A stretch of 64,000 bases of DNA from an uncultured bacterium. GTDB lineage: Bacteria; Bacillota; Clostridia; Christensenellales; QALW01. The DNA is taken from contig CAJMLN010000003.1 in assembly GCA_905214315.1 (NCBI GenBank), positions 4,137-68,136 on the forward strand, read 5' to 3'. A model generated the notes under the pieces. The model was given only the letters and a program-made list of their open reading frames with translations, did no database searches and was not told the DNA's origin. A program made the translations under genes and the position numbers. This document shows, one piece after another, positions 16,970-30,625 of the stretch (within the stretch, counting starts at the first letter, position 1; each line of letters starts with the position of its first letter).

Positions 16970-17171
16970 CCACAAAAAACGATAGATAGAATATACAGAC
17001 TTTGCGCGCTTATGCTGTAAAAAGCCTGTTTTTTTATGTAAATATTTTTAAAAAGAGCAAAAACAAGCGTTTTTTGCGCTCCTGCCCTGCTAACAGGTGG
17101 TTCAAATTTTGCATATGATATAGCAGGTGCTTTTTCGGCGCCTTAAGAGGGTTAAAGGAGAATTTATTATA

Positions 17172-17960
17172 ATGACGGAAATTGTAAGGCTTGAAGATAT
17201 CAGTAAGTTCTACCATACAAAAAGCGGAGAAACGCAGGCCCTTAAAGATATCAATTTTACTGTTGCCGAAAACGAGTTTGTTTCGATTATAGGTCCGTCG
17301 GGATGCGGGAAATCTACCATTCTTTCTATTATTGCCGGCCTTGAAAAACCTTCGGGAGGAACCGTTTATATTAATGGGGAGGCAACTGAAAATAAAATAC
17401 ATGCCCATATCGGCTATATGCTGCAGCAGGATCATCTTTTTCCTTGGCTGACGGTAAAGCAGAATGCGCTGTTAGGGCTTGATATCCGTCATGAAAAAAC
17501 AAAAGAAAAAGAGGCGTATGTAGAGGCTTTGCTGCGTCAATATGACCTGGAAGGGTTTTCAGACGCGCTGCCATCGCAGCTTTCCGGAGGAATGCGTCAG
17601 CGCGCTGCCATCATAAGAACGCTGGCGGTGAATCCTACAGTATTGCTGCTGGATGAACCGTTTTCCGCACTGGATTATCAAACGCGCCTGACTGTTTCTG
17701 ACGATATACACAGTATTATCAAAAGCCGAAAAAAGACGGCGATTCTTGTTACCCACGATATCTCTGAGGCCATTAGTATGAGCGATAGAATTATCGTTTT
17801 GTCTAAAAGGCCGGCAAGGGTAAAAAATATTTACAATATCGTACTTTCGGGAAAGCAAAATCCGATCAGCCGCCGTAAAGCTCCTGAATTTTCGGCGTAT
17901 TTTCAAAAATTATGGGAGGAGCTGAACGATGACGAATCAGTATTCTCAGGAACATTATGA
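17172..17960 (+). CDS. ABC transporter ATP-binding protein (NitT/TauT-like)
   Basis: Walker A GPSGCGKST, signature LSGGMRQR, Walker B LLLDEPFSALD. Start after RBS AAAGGAG. Confidence 0.9.
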   Translation: MTEIVRLEDISKFYHTKSGETQALKDINFTVAENEFVSIIGPSGCGKSTILSIIAGLEKPSGGTVYINGEATENKIHAHIGYMLQQDHLFPWLTVKQNALLGLDIRHEKTKEKEAYVEALLRQYDLEGFSDALPSQLSGGMRQRAAIIRTLAVNPTVLLLDEPFSALDYQTRLTVSDDIHSIIKSRKKTAILVTHDISEAISMSDRIIVLSKRPARVKNIYNIVLSGKQNPISRRKAPEFSAYFQKLWEELNDDESVFSGTL

Positions 17961-18732
17961 GTTCCTGAAACGTGAAAAAAGAAAAAAAGCAACAAAAATC
18001 ACGTTGCAGATCACAATTTTTGTTTTATTCTTTGCTGCCTGGGAACTGACTGCTTCCCTGGGGATCCTAAACCCGTTTATTTTTTCCTCTCCTTCAAGGT
18101 GTATTGCAATGCTTTCCACACTCTGGGGGAATGGGCTGCTTACCCATATAGGCATTACGCTGGCCGAAACGCTGGCGGGTTTTCTTTTAGGAAGTATCCT
18201 CGGCTTTTTAATTGCGGTAATTCTTTGGTGGTCTCCAATGACAAGGGCCGTACTGGATCCTTATTTGGTTGTTTTAAATAGTTTGCCTAAGATTGCATTG
18301 GGACCGGTTATCATTGTTTGGGTTGGTTCGGGGATGGCCTCCATCATTACCGTTACGCTGTTGATTTCCATCGTGGTTGCAATTATCGGTGTATTGAACG
18401 GCTTTAACGAAGTAGAACAGGAAAAGCTGGTTTTGTTAAAGACTTTTGGTGCTACAAAACCGCAGTTGTTTTTTAAAGTAGTATTCCCTGCCAGTATTCC
18501 CACCACGGTATCGGTATTAAAGCTTAATATCGGTATGTCGTGGGTAGGCGTTATTGTAGGGGAATTTTTAAATTCTAAAGCGGGCCTTGGATATCTGATC
18601 GTTTATGGCGGGCAGGTGTTCAAAATGGACATCGTAATGGCGGCTACTTTGATCTTATGTATTCTTTCTGCGCTTATGTATTTTTTGGTAGTATGGATTG
18701 AAAAAGCGGTTCTAAAAGCAAGGCAGTCATAA
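17929..18732 (+). CDS. ABC transporter permease (NitT/TauT-like, BPD-type)
   Basis: About 6 TM segments. 32-nt overlap with the ATPase gene. Confidence 0.85.
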   Translation: MTNQYSQEHYEFLKREKRKKATKITLQITIFVLFFAAWELTASLGILNPFIFSSPSRCIAMLSTLWGNGLLTHIGITLAETLAGFLLGSILGFLIAVILWWSPMTRAVLDPYLVVLNSLPKIALGPVIIVWVGSGMASIITVTLLISIVVAIIGVLNGFNEVEQEKLVLLKTFGATKPQLFFKVVFPASIPTTVSVLKLNIGMSWVGVIVGEFLNSKAGLGYLIVYGGQVFKMDIVMAATLILCILSALMYFLVVWIEKAVLKARQS

Positions 18733-18752
18733 AAAGAACCGGTTATTTTAAT

Positions 18753-18796
18753 ATGCACCCCAAAAGTTAAACATTTTTGGAGGTGCATATTTTTAT
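18753..18796 (+). terminator. intrinsic terminator after the ABC permease
   Basis: ATGCACC(CC)AAAA..TTTTTGGAGGTGCAT hairpin followed by ATTTTTAT. Confidence 0.7.
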
Positions 18797-19302
18797 ATAA
18801 GAAAGAGGGAAAGAAAATAGGAAAACAAGTGTTTGGATATGCGTGAGCGTTCTTTAGGCTGCTGTGAAACTTTTCGAAAATACCGCAATGGTGAGAGTAC
18901 GCCTTTCCCCGCAGGACGAGGATAACAGCAGAAAAAGCAGATATTGCAGGAACATCTGGACAAAGCTATTTGCGGATACCGAAAATACCAGTAAGCTAAA
19001 AAAAAGAGGGGATGCTATTAACCGCAAGGCTATGTTAAAGCTGATAGAAAAGCTTAATCTGGGAGGGAAACAGAACAGGAACGGAATCATTCTTGCAAAA
19101 GTGAGGTTGATCATGAGCCAAAAATCTTTAAATTCAAATGGAAGGAGTTCGGTGCAATACCGAACTCCTTCGCAAGCCAGTTGTTTTTGTCTATTGGGGA
19201 GTACTTTATCTTTACCGGTCTTTTTGCTGCTTTTTTTATATGTTGAAGCAAGCAAATGCTTGCTTCGGCTTTTGCCGCATATTGTTGATGATTACAGTAT
19301 GA

Positions 19303-20316
19303 TCAGAATTGATAATCTGGGGTAACCGGACGGCCGCAGGAGGAAGAGTCTACAATTGCAAGGCAAACAGCAATGGTTTTCGCGCCCTGAACCGCATCCA
19401 TCGCGATGGGCAGATCGTTTTCAATGGCTTTGGCAAAAATTTCAAATTCTTTGGCCGCATTATGGTTTTTTATTTCCAGCGGAGTAATTTTCGGTTGCTC
19501 CTGGATGGAGATGCCGTCTTCCCCGAGTGTGTAGAGCGTCATATGGTCGGATGTGTTATCGCAGATAATAGTGCCCTTGGTACCATAGAGAAGCGTCCGC
19601 ATGGTATAGGGGCGTTTGCAGCCGGTGGAAACAAATACTTTGCCGATAATTTGATTGGGGAATTTTAATACGGCAATTGTTGCGTCGTCATAGGGTACTT
19701 GGGGCAGCAGTTTGTGCGTACCATATGCAAAAACCTCTAAGGGATCGCCTGCATACCAGCGCAGCAGATCGACTGCGTGGCAGCCTCCCCCGATTACGCC
19801 GTGGCGGGCAGGATCGTCACGCCAGCCATGTAGAATTTTAGCATAATCATGCGCGTATTCGGATTCTACATAATACAGTTCGCCGATTGTTCCTGCATCA
19901 AGCAGTTCTTTTGCTTTTATGAAAGCGGGAGTAAACCGGCAGATCTGCCCCACCATAAATTTGACGTCCGGCTTTTGCGCCGCATGGATGATTGCCTGCA
20001 TGTCCTGACGGGTAAGGGCAAGGGGCTTTTCACACATTACATGCTTGCCCGCGGCAAGAAATTCCTCGCACATCTGCCGGTGAAGCTGATCAGGCGCGGC
20101 GATGATAATAAGGTTAATTTGCGGGTTTTGTACAAGGGGATGGTAATCTGTAAATTGCTTTTCTGGGGGGATGTTATATTCTGAGCCGACAGAAGCCAGT
20201 GTTTTTTCATTGGTATCACAGATAGCGGAAATTTCAGCACCATACTGTATGGCGGCGACTAAATGCAGCTTTCCCATAGAAAGCCCTATAACACCTACAG
20301 CTAATTTTTTTTTCAT
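19303..20316 (-). CDS. Gfo/Idh/MocA-family NAD(P)-dependent oxidoreductase
   Basis: N-terminal Rossmann VGVIGLSMGKLH and the family EKP motif (CEKPLALT). Confidence 0.85.
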   Translation of the reverse strand: MKKKLAVGVIGLSMGKLHLVAAIQYGAEISAICDTNEKTLASVGSEYNIPPEKQFTDYHPLVQNPQINLIIIAAPDQLHRQMCEEFLAAGKHVMCEKPLALTRQDMQAIIHAAQKPDVKFMVGQICRFTPAFIKAKELLDAGTIGELYYVESEYAHDYAKILHGWRDDPARHGVIGGGCHAVDLLRWYAGDPLEVFAYGTHKLLPQVPYDDATIAVLKFPNQIIGKVFVSTGCKRPYTMRTLLYGTKGTIICDNTSDHMTLYTLGEDGISIQEQPKITPLEIKNHNAAKEFEIFAKAIENDLPIAMDAVQGAKTIAVCLAIVDSSSCGRPVTPDYQF

Positions 20317-20431
20317 TTTTAATATACCTCCTTTAAATTAAAACGTCTTTAGAAAATAAGCTTCGTAGCATTCATTTCTATAGGGGGATAAGGGAAGCGG
20401 AAAGAACGAAACCTATCTTTAAAGTATTGTT

Positions 20432-21313
20432 TTATAATATTGAAATTCCGATCAGTGCCAGGCACATTGCGGCACAGCCGAGCCAGTTTAAAACTGACAA
20501 TTTCTCTTTAAGAAAAATGCAGGAAAAAAGTACGCTTAATAAGAGCACGCCGGCATTGTCAAAGGTGTAGAGTATGGTGACATTGATCAGTGGAAGAATA
20601 TATACCATTAAATTGATGGCCAGTGCCACTATAATGGAACAGCTTAACAAATAGATCACAGATTTTTTAGATTGCGCCATGGCAGAGAGAAATTTTTGGG
20701 GGGAACGAATCAGCAAAATAATGGAGGAAATCAGCATTGCGCTCAAATAGGTGACGGCTACCATTTCTTCTTTTTCCGCGGGTGAAGTCAGTTGCTGCTG
20801 CACATTTAAAAGCGCTCCATAAGCGCCGTTAAACAGTGCTAATCCGGCACAGGCAAAAAGGAACATACCTTTTTGGGTAAAAGCGGCCTCTTCTTTTTTT
20901 CGGCTGATCATATATACGGAACCTAAAATAATAAGAACAGAACAAATCTTTCCAGCAGAGAGCGCTTCGTGAAAGGCAAATACTGAAACAAGCGAGGGAA
21001 GAAGGATTCCTCCAGCCACCAAAAATACCATTAAAATAGAATATGGGCCGTTTTGTGAGGCTTTGATCAGGCAGGTATTATAACCAACCAGAACTGCGGC
21101 ATTCAAGATGCCCAGCAGTATTGTCAGCGGGGATGCGGAAAAGGAAAAACCTGTAAAAATAAAGGAAATCAACGCTACGATTGCTCCGCTGATGATAGTG
21201 AAAACCAGTGATGCCATATCTGAATTTCCTGGATAATGCTCGGAATATTTCCGGCATAAAAAGGACTGCATTGTATAAAGGAGAATCACGATGGCAATAA
21301 AAAATGCGTTCAT
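20432..21313 (-). CDS. DMT-superfamily (EamA-like) membrane transporter
   Basis: About 10 TM segments in two similar halves. ATG at 21313 preferred (RBS AAAGGA). Confidence 0.7.
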   Translation of the reverse strand: MNAFFIAIVILLYTMQSFLCRKYSEHYPGNSDMASLVFTIISGAIVALISFIFTGFSFSASPLTILLGILNAAVLVGYNTCLIKASQNGPYSILMVFLVAGGILLPSLVSVFAFHEALSAGKICSVLIILGSVYMISRKKEEAAFTQKGMFLFACAGLALFNGAYGALLNVQQQLTSPAEKEEMVAVTYLSAMLISSIILLIRSPQKFLSAMAQSKKSVIYLLSCSIIVALAINLMVYILPLINVTILYTFDNAGVLLLSVLFSCIFLKEKLSVLNWLGCAAMCLALIGISIL

Positions 21314-21507
21314 AGAGCAATTCCTTTCTTGATTCATTTGACGGTTTTATTGTAGCAGAACCGTTTTAGAAAACAATGAAATATTGAACAAATAATTTGA
21401 AGAATCCATAAAAAATTGTCTATTGCTTTTAAGAGGATTGTCAGTAATTTTGTTTTATGATACAATAAATACACTGAAATATCTTAAAAAATTGGGTGAA
21501 CGCAAAG

Positions 21508-22338
21508 ATGCTTACACTGGAAAAGCTGTTAGGGGATTTTTATCGAATTTCAGGGATAGGGATTGCCGTTGTGGATAAGCAGTTTCATACGGTATTGATG
21601 GAAAGCGGACGGGACAGCGAAAGCTTTTGCACAGTGATTCATAAATCCCCCGTCTGTTTGAAAAAGTGCCTGCAATCGGATAAGGAGGCCTTTCATATAG
21701 TGGAGAGAAGCCGGGAGAGGTATGTATATACCTGTCCGTTTGGCTTTACCGAGGTTATGGTACCGATTTTTGATGAGCATTCGGTCGTCGCTTATTTTTT
21801 TCTTGTGATGGGATTGGAAAAGAATGAAAATTCGCTTTTGCCCGTCCGGAAGGCAATGGAATTTTCCAAAGAACTTCGGCCGGAAAAACTGAGAGAGCAG
21901 ATGAAAAAGGTGCCGCGCAATGAAGAAAATATCTGGGAAACGTATTTTCATTTGCTTACGGTTATGGCCGAATATATTGGCAGACATCGGCTTCTGCAGG
22001 GAAATTACCAAAGTCTGGGGGAAATAATTAAAAATTATGTGAATAAGAATATTGACAGAAAGATTACTTTGGCAGAGCTGAGCAAAAAGCTGCATCGAAG
22101 CATTGTGACTTTAACGGAATGCTTCCGGAAGGAATTTGGGGTATCAATTATGCAGTATGTTTTTCAGCGGCGGATGGAGACCGCGCTGCAAATGCTTGGA
22201 GAAAGTAAAATTTCTATTGGAGAAATTGCATATTCCTGCGGCTTTCAGGACGTGGAGTACTTTTCAAGATGCTTTAAGCACGAATTTGGCTGTCCACCGA
22301 GCGTTTGGCGAAAAGAAAACGGAAAGAGGCACCTGTGA
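21508..22338 (+). CDS. PocR-sensor / AraC-family transcriptional regulator
   Basis: N-terminal PocR-like domain (GIAVVDKQF..CTVIHKSPVCLKKC..YVYTCPFGFTEVMVPI). C-terminal AraC HTH (IAYSCGFQDVEYFSRCFKHEFGCPPS). Divergent from the DMT/oxidoreductase pair. Confidence 0.8.
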   Translation: MLTLEKLLGDFYRISGIGIAVVDKQFHTVLMESGRDSESFCTVIHKSPVCLKKCLQSDKEAFHIVERSRERYVYTCPFGFTEVMVPIFDEHSVVAYFFLVMGLEKNENSLLPVRKAMEFSKELRPEKLREQMKKVPRNEENIWETYFHLLTVMAEYIGRHRLLQGNYQSLGEIIKNYVNKNIDRKITLAELSKKLHRSIVTLTECFRKEFGVSIMQYVFQRRMETALQMLGESKISIGEIAYSCGFQDVEYFSRCFKHEFGCPPSVWRKENGKRHL

Positions 22339-22490
22339 GTTCGCAATATTTACAGTAGACATACTATTTTTAATTTTATAAGGGAGAAAAATGCCGGAAG
22401 AATTAAAAAATTTTTTATATTTTTAAGTTGTACTTTTTTTTCAGTTGTAGTATAATTGACGCAAATGAATAAGATACGAGGGTGAAAAAA

Positions 22491-22994
22491 ATGAAAAAAT
22501 ACTTTAAATTTGCTGCGGTGATATCGGTTTTGCTGACAGTATGCCTTTTTTGCGGCTGTTCCTTTTTCAGTGGACTTGGTGCTGCGCAGGAAAAAGAATT
22601 TTCAAAGGCGGGCATGAGCATTACTCTGACGGATGATTTTACAGAGCAGGATATCGTTTCACAAACGGCGGTCTATGCTTCGGCTAAACATATTGTAATG
22701 GCTTTAAAAGAAGAATATGCTTTGTTTGAAGAAATCGGCGACAGCCTTTCTTTGCAGGAGTATGCGCAGCTTGTTTGCCAGAATAATGATCTGACGGCCG
22801 ATATTGAAGAAAAAGACGGTTTGGTTTGTTTTGAATATGAGAATGAAGCCAACGGGCGGGATTTTGCTTATTTTGCGGTAGTGCAAAAGGGAACGGATGC
22901 ATATTGGCTGTTTCAGTTTTCCTGTGATTCTTCTAATTATGAGGATTCTAAAGAACAGTTTATTGATTGGGCAAAAACGATTCGTTTTGAATAA
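22491..22994 (+). CDS. hypothetical lipoprotein
   Basis: Signal peptide with lipobox LFCGC. No recognisable catalytic motifs. Confidence 0.65.
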   Translation: MKKYFKFAAVISVLLTVCLFCGCSFFSGLGAAQEKEFSKAGMSITLTDDFTEQDIVSQTAVYASAKHIVMALKEEYALFEEIGDSLSLQEYAQLVCQNNDLTADIEEKDGLVCFEYENEANGRDFAYFAVVQKGTDAYWLFQFSCDSSNYEDSKEQFIDWAKTIRFE

Positions 22995-22997
22995 AAT

Positions 22998-23028
22998 AAA
23001 ATTCCTCTTTATAAAGAGGAATTTTTTT
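22998..23028. terminator. bidirectional intrinsic terminator between convergent genes
   Basis: AAATTCCTCTTT-ATAA-AGAGGAATTT flanked by A-run and T-run. Confidence 0.75.
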
Positions 23029-23119
23029 ATAGGAATTTTGCGCGACAGCGTATGACTTTTTGCCTGTTTTTCATATGCTGGAACGAGCATAGGGCAAAAT
23101 GTTCTTTAGGCGGCTTGCT

Positions 23120-24118
23120 TTAAGTCGCTTTTGCACAGGCGGGGCAAAGCCAGGCAACGGTATCTTTTAGGGTCTGAAAGATATCCCGCGGCATATAGCC
23201 GAGTTCCGCAGTGGCTTTGTCATGGGAAAATTTATCGTTGCTGTGCAGCGTATACAGGGAATATTTGGTGTACAGCGGACGCGACTTTGTGATTTTTGCA
23301 TATAATTTCATAAAGGGCAACGCTGCCTTTGCCATCCACAGCGGCAGTGTGGGCAGCTTTCTTCCTCCGTGGATACGTTTGAGCATTTTCAAAAGATCCT
23401 TGATTTCATAATGACGGTTGGAGAGAATATAGCATTCTCCGCTTTTTCCCTTTTCCAGCGCCCGCAGGCAGCCGTCGGCAACATCACGTACGTCAACAAA
23501 ATCGTAGCCGCCCTTTACGCAGGCGGGCAGCCGGCCGTGAATATAGTCGTTTACCAGCTGTACCAAATGATTGCCTGAACGGTCATACGGCCCTAAAATG
23601 CCGGAGGGGTGTACGATTACGGCATTTAGCCCCTCGGCGGCGGCATCAAGTACGGCTTGGGTAGCTTCCGCCTTTGTTTTGGCATAGCCGCCCTCTACCT
23701 CGGCTTGTGAAAATTTTTTGATTTCATGAAGCACAAGGCTGCTGTCTTTTTCGGGAATCGCGTGTACCGAGCTTACATACAGAAGACGTTTTATCGGATA
23801 TTCCCGGCACAGCTGCAAAATATTTTTAGTACCGCGCACATTGACGTCATAAAGCACGGGGGAAACCTTTTCTGAAATATCCACAATACCTGCAGTATGA
23901 ATAACATAAGTTTCATACTCTTCACAGCCCTCAAACAGTGGCCGCAGACTTTCCATTTTACGTACATCGCCTTTAATATATTGGGCGTTTTCCAACAGCG
24001 GACCTGTTTCATTTTCTAAAATCAGTCCTTTTATATCAATATCCTTTCCGTTTAACATTCGTATAATCGTATTGCCTAAATGACCGGCAGCGCCTGTAAT
24101 TAAAAACCGCTTTTTCAT
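23120..24118 (-). CDS. NAD-dependent epimerase/dehydratase-family (extended SDR) protein
   Basis: ITGAAGHLGN (GxxGxxG) and catalytic YAKTK (YxxxK). Confidence 0.85.
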   Translation of the reverse strand: MKKRFLITGAAGHLGNTIIRMLNGKDIDIKGLILENETGPLLENAQYIKGDVRKMESLRPLFEGCEEYETYVIHTAGIVDISEKVSPVLYDVNVRGTKNILQLCREYPIKRLLYVSSVHAIPEKDSSLVLHEIKKFSQAEVEGGYAKTKAEATQAVLDAAAEGLNAVIVHPSGILGPYDRSGNHLVQLVNDYIHGRLPACVKGGYDFVDVRDVADGCLRALEKGKSGECYILSNRHYEIKDLLKMLKRIHGGRKLPTLPLWMAKAALPFMKLYAKITKSRPLYTKYSLYTLHSNDKFSHDKATAELGYMPRDIFQTLKDTVAWLCPACAKAT

Positions 24119-24304
24119 ATGCTTTACACACTCCTTTCATTTAATGCACAAGGTGTTGATTTTTGTTCCTATATGTATTATACTATAAAAGATGTATATA
24201 AGCAACCATCAGATTCTTTTTGCAAATGCTGTTTCTATACAAATCATACATAGTTTGTACGGAAAAATCAAAAATCATAAAATTATTTACAAAGGAGAGA
24301 TTTG

Positions 24305-24907
24305 ATGTCCAAAAAAGAGAACGATCATCGCGTTAGAGTGACGAATATGCTGATACGCCGCGCCTTTATGGAGCTTTTGAAGCAAAAGCCCCTGCAGAGC
24401 ATATCGGTAAAAGAGCTCTGCGAAAAAGCGGAGATCAACCGGGGAACCTTTTATGCGCATTATACAGACGTCTATGATCTTTTAAAAAAGGTGGAAGACG
24501 ACATGCTGGCGGATTTTGTGGCCGCGCTGGAGCCGTTGCTGAGTGAAGATGACGGAGAGGTTACTCTTTTGAAAATGACGGCCGGTGTGTTCTGCTGTTT
24601 AAAGGAAAACGCGGATCTTTGCACGGTTACTTTAGGACCGTACGGGGATAAAAATTTTGCCGCTAGGCTGATTGATATGGGGCGGGAACGGTGTATAGAA
24701 AAGTATACCGCGTATTTTTCACACGCGGACAGAAAGCAAATCGAGTATTTTTATGCATTTGTCAGCTCAGGCTGTATCGGCTTGCTGGAGAAATGGCTGG
24801 AGGAGGGCATGGCAACCGGTACGGAGGAGATTGCCGGCATTGCGGAGGGCATTATGATGCATGGCATTGAATTTTTAAAGCTGGCGGAAAAAAAGCCTGA
24901 AAAATAA
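24305..24907 (+). CDS. TetR/AcrR-family transcriptional regulator
   Basis: N-terminal HTH ISVKELCEKAEINRGTFYAHY. Divergent from the SDR gene. Confidence 0.85.
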   Translation: MSKKENDHRVRVTNMLIRRAFMELLKQKPLQSISVKELCEKAEINRGTFYAHYTDVYDLLKKVEDDMLADFVAALEPLLSEDDGEVTLLKMTAGVFCCLKENADLCTVTLGPYGDKNFAARLIDMGRERCIEKYTAYFSHADRKQIEYFYAFVSSGCIGLLEKWLEEGMATGTEEIAGIAEGIMMHGIEFLKLAEKKPEK

Positions 24908-24964
24908 CGGGCGGCAGAAAAGTTTTTTTGCGTAAAACCCGGAAGGGTTTTGCCGGTTTTATAG

Positions 24965-24993
24965 GTGACTTTTTGCTCTGCCTGTGCTATAAT
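24965..24993 (+). promoter_or_regulatory. candidate pcrA promoter (extended -10)
   Basis: GTGACT, 17-nt spacer, TGC-TATAAT. This leaves a leader of about 110 nt. Confidence 0.4.
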
Positions 24994-25107
24994 ATAAAAC
25001 AATATCTTGTTTGCTCAAACAGTGGGGATTCTATCTGTTGGGGTGTGGGGCTGCGGGGCGGTTGTCTTGCAGCGTGGAAGCAGAATTTTAACGTTTGGAG
25101 AAATATC

Positions 25108-29356
<4,249 letters not shown>

Positions 29357-29378
29357 AACGGCACCGGAAGGAAAACGC

Positions 29379-29407
29379 TTGAATGCCGGGGCGATCTATG
29401 GTATAAT
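29379..29407 (+). promoter_or_regulatory. sigma-A-type promoter upstream of yicC
   Basis: TTGAAT, 17-nt spacer, TATAAT. Confidence 0.6.
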
Positions 29408-29473
29408 AAAATAAATTTTTTATAATTTTACGGCCCCTTGGGGCCTTGTATATTTAATAGGAGGAAAACAGTT

Positions 29474-30346
29474 TTGCGTAGTATGACTGGCTATGGCAGC
29501 GGGACTGCCGGGATGGACGGCCGTGAATTTACGGTGGAGCTTAAGGCCGTAAACCATCGGTTCCTGGATATCAATATCCGGATACCCCGCACGCTTATGT
29601 TCCTTGAGGACGAGCTGCGCCGCATAATTGCACAGTATGTGGCAAGAGGACATATTGAGGTATCGGTTACGTATTGCAATACGCGAGAGGATTCCAAAGT
29701 TATTTCAGTAGATCAGCCCTTGGTGGAGCAGTATTCCGCGGCATTTGAGCAGTTGCGGCAGATGGGGTTTAAATATAATATCTGTGTTTCAGATATCGTG
29801 CGGATGCCGGATGTGCTTACGGTTACCCAGGGGGAAGAAGATCAGGCAGCGGTTGTGGAGCTGATGAAGCAGGCAGTGGAGCAGGCCTGTAAGGCGCTGA
29901 ATGTGACGCGCGCCGCCGAGGGCGAAAAGATCGGGGAGGATCTGAAACTGAAATTACATACGATACGCTCTTTGGCCGGCCGGCTGCAAACCCTGAGCCA
30001 GAATAATCTGGCGGAATATTCGCAAAAGCTGCGCAGGCGTCTGGAAGAGCTGCTGGGAGAATATGAACTGGAGGAACAGCGCCTTTATCAGGAGATTGCG
30101 ATTTATGCCGATAAAATTGCCATTGATGAAGAGTTAGTACGTCTGGATACGCATGTAGGGAATATGCTGGAATATATGACCGGCGAAGAAGCCGTAGGGC
30201 GAAAGCTAGACTTTTTTATTCAGGAGCTGAACCGTGAAATCAATACCATCGGTTCCAAGTCCGTCAATGCGGAAATTGCAAAAATTGTGGTGGAAGCCAA
30301 GGGCGAGATAGAAAAACTGCGGGAGCAGATACAGAATATTGAGTAA
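29474..30346 (+). CDS. yicC: YicC-family stress-induced protein (B. subtilis YloC-like)
   Basis: LRSMTGYG N-terminus after RBS AGGAGGA (TTG start; ATG at 29483 is the alternative). Conserved C-terminal REINT/EKxREQxQNIE. Confidence 0.88.
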   Translation: MRSMTGYGSGTAGMDGREFTVELKAVNHRFLDINIRIPRTLMFLEDELRRIIAQYVARGHIEVSVTYCNTREDSKVISVDQPLVEQYSAAFEQLRQMGFKYNICVSDIVRMPDVLTVTQGEEDQAAVVELMKQAVEQACKALNVTRAAEGEKIGEDLKLKLHTIRSLAGRLQTLSQNNLAEYSQKLRRRLEELLGEYELEEQRLYQEIAIYADKIAIDEELVRLDTHVGNMLEYMTGEEAVGRKLDFFIQELNREINTIGSKSVNAEIAKIVVEAKGEIEKLREQIQNIE

Positions 30347-30358
30347 CGGGGGCTGTTT

Positions 30359-30625
30359 ATGAATATAAAATTTATCAATATCGGCTTTGGCAATATGGCG
30401 GCCGTCGAAAAGATTGTGGCCATCGTTTCTCCGGATTCGGCGCCGATCCGGCGTGTGATTCAGGATGCGAAAGACGGGGAAAAAATTATAGATGCTACCT
30501 GCGGCAGAAGAACAAGAGCCGTTGTCTTTATGGATAGCGGACATATTCTTCTTTCGGCGGTGCAGCCGGAGACGATTTCCGGCAGACTGAAAGAAACAAA
30601 CGGAGCGGAAAATGATGAGCAGTGA
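30359..30625 (+). CDS. remA: extracellular matrix/biofilm regulator RemA (DUF370)
   Basis: Near-collinear with B. subtilis RemA as recalled: [24 protein letters not shown]...[25 protein letters not shown]. Confidence 0.9.
   Translation: MNIKFINIGFGNMAAVEKIVAIVSPDSAPIRRVIQDAKDGEKIIDATCGRRTRAVVFMDSGHILLSAVQPETISGRLKETNGAENDEQ

Noticed and set aside
16970-17171. Checked for a TPP or cobalamin riboswitch upstream of the NitT/TauT-type ABC genes
   Set aside because: No CTGAGA/ACCTGATCTGGATAATGCCAGCG-type TPP core and no B12 box were recognisable by eye.
18854-19325. Mutually overlapping 153-aa (+) and 133-aa (-) ORFs in the convergent gap
   Set aside because: No RBS and no motifs. Composition is low in complexity, and the two ORFs exclude each other. 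Treated as non-coding; see the finding on this gap.
24190-24270. Inverted repeat TACAAA-N10-TTTGTA between the SDR and TetR genes as a possible TetR operator
   Set aside because: The half-sites are short (6 bp) and AT-rich in an AT-rich spacer, so this cannot be distinguished from chance without comparative data.
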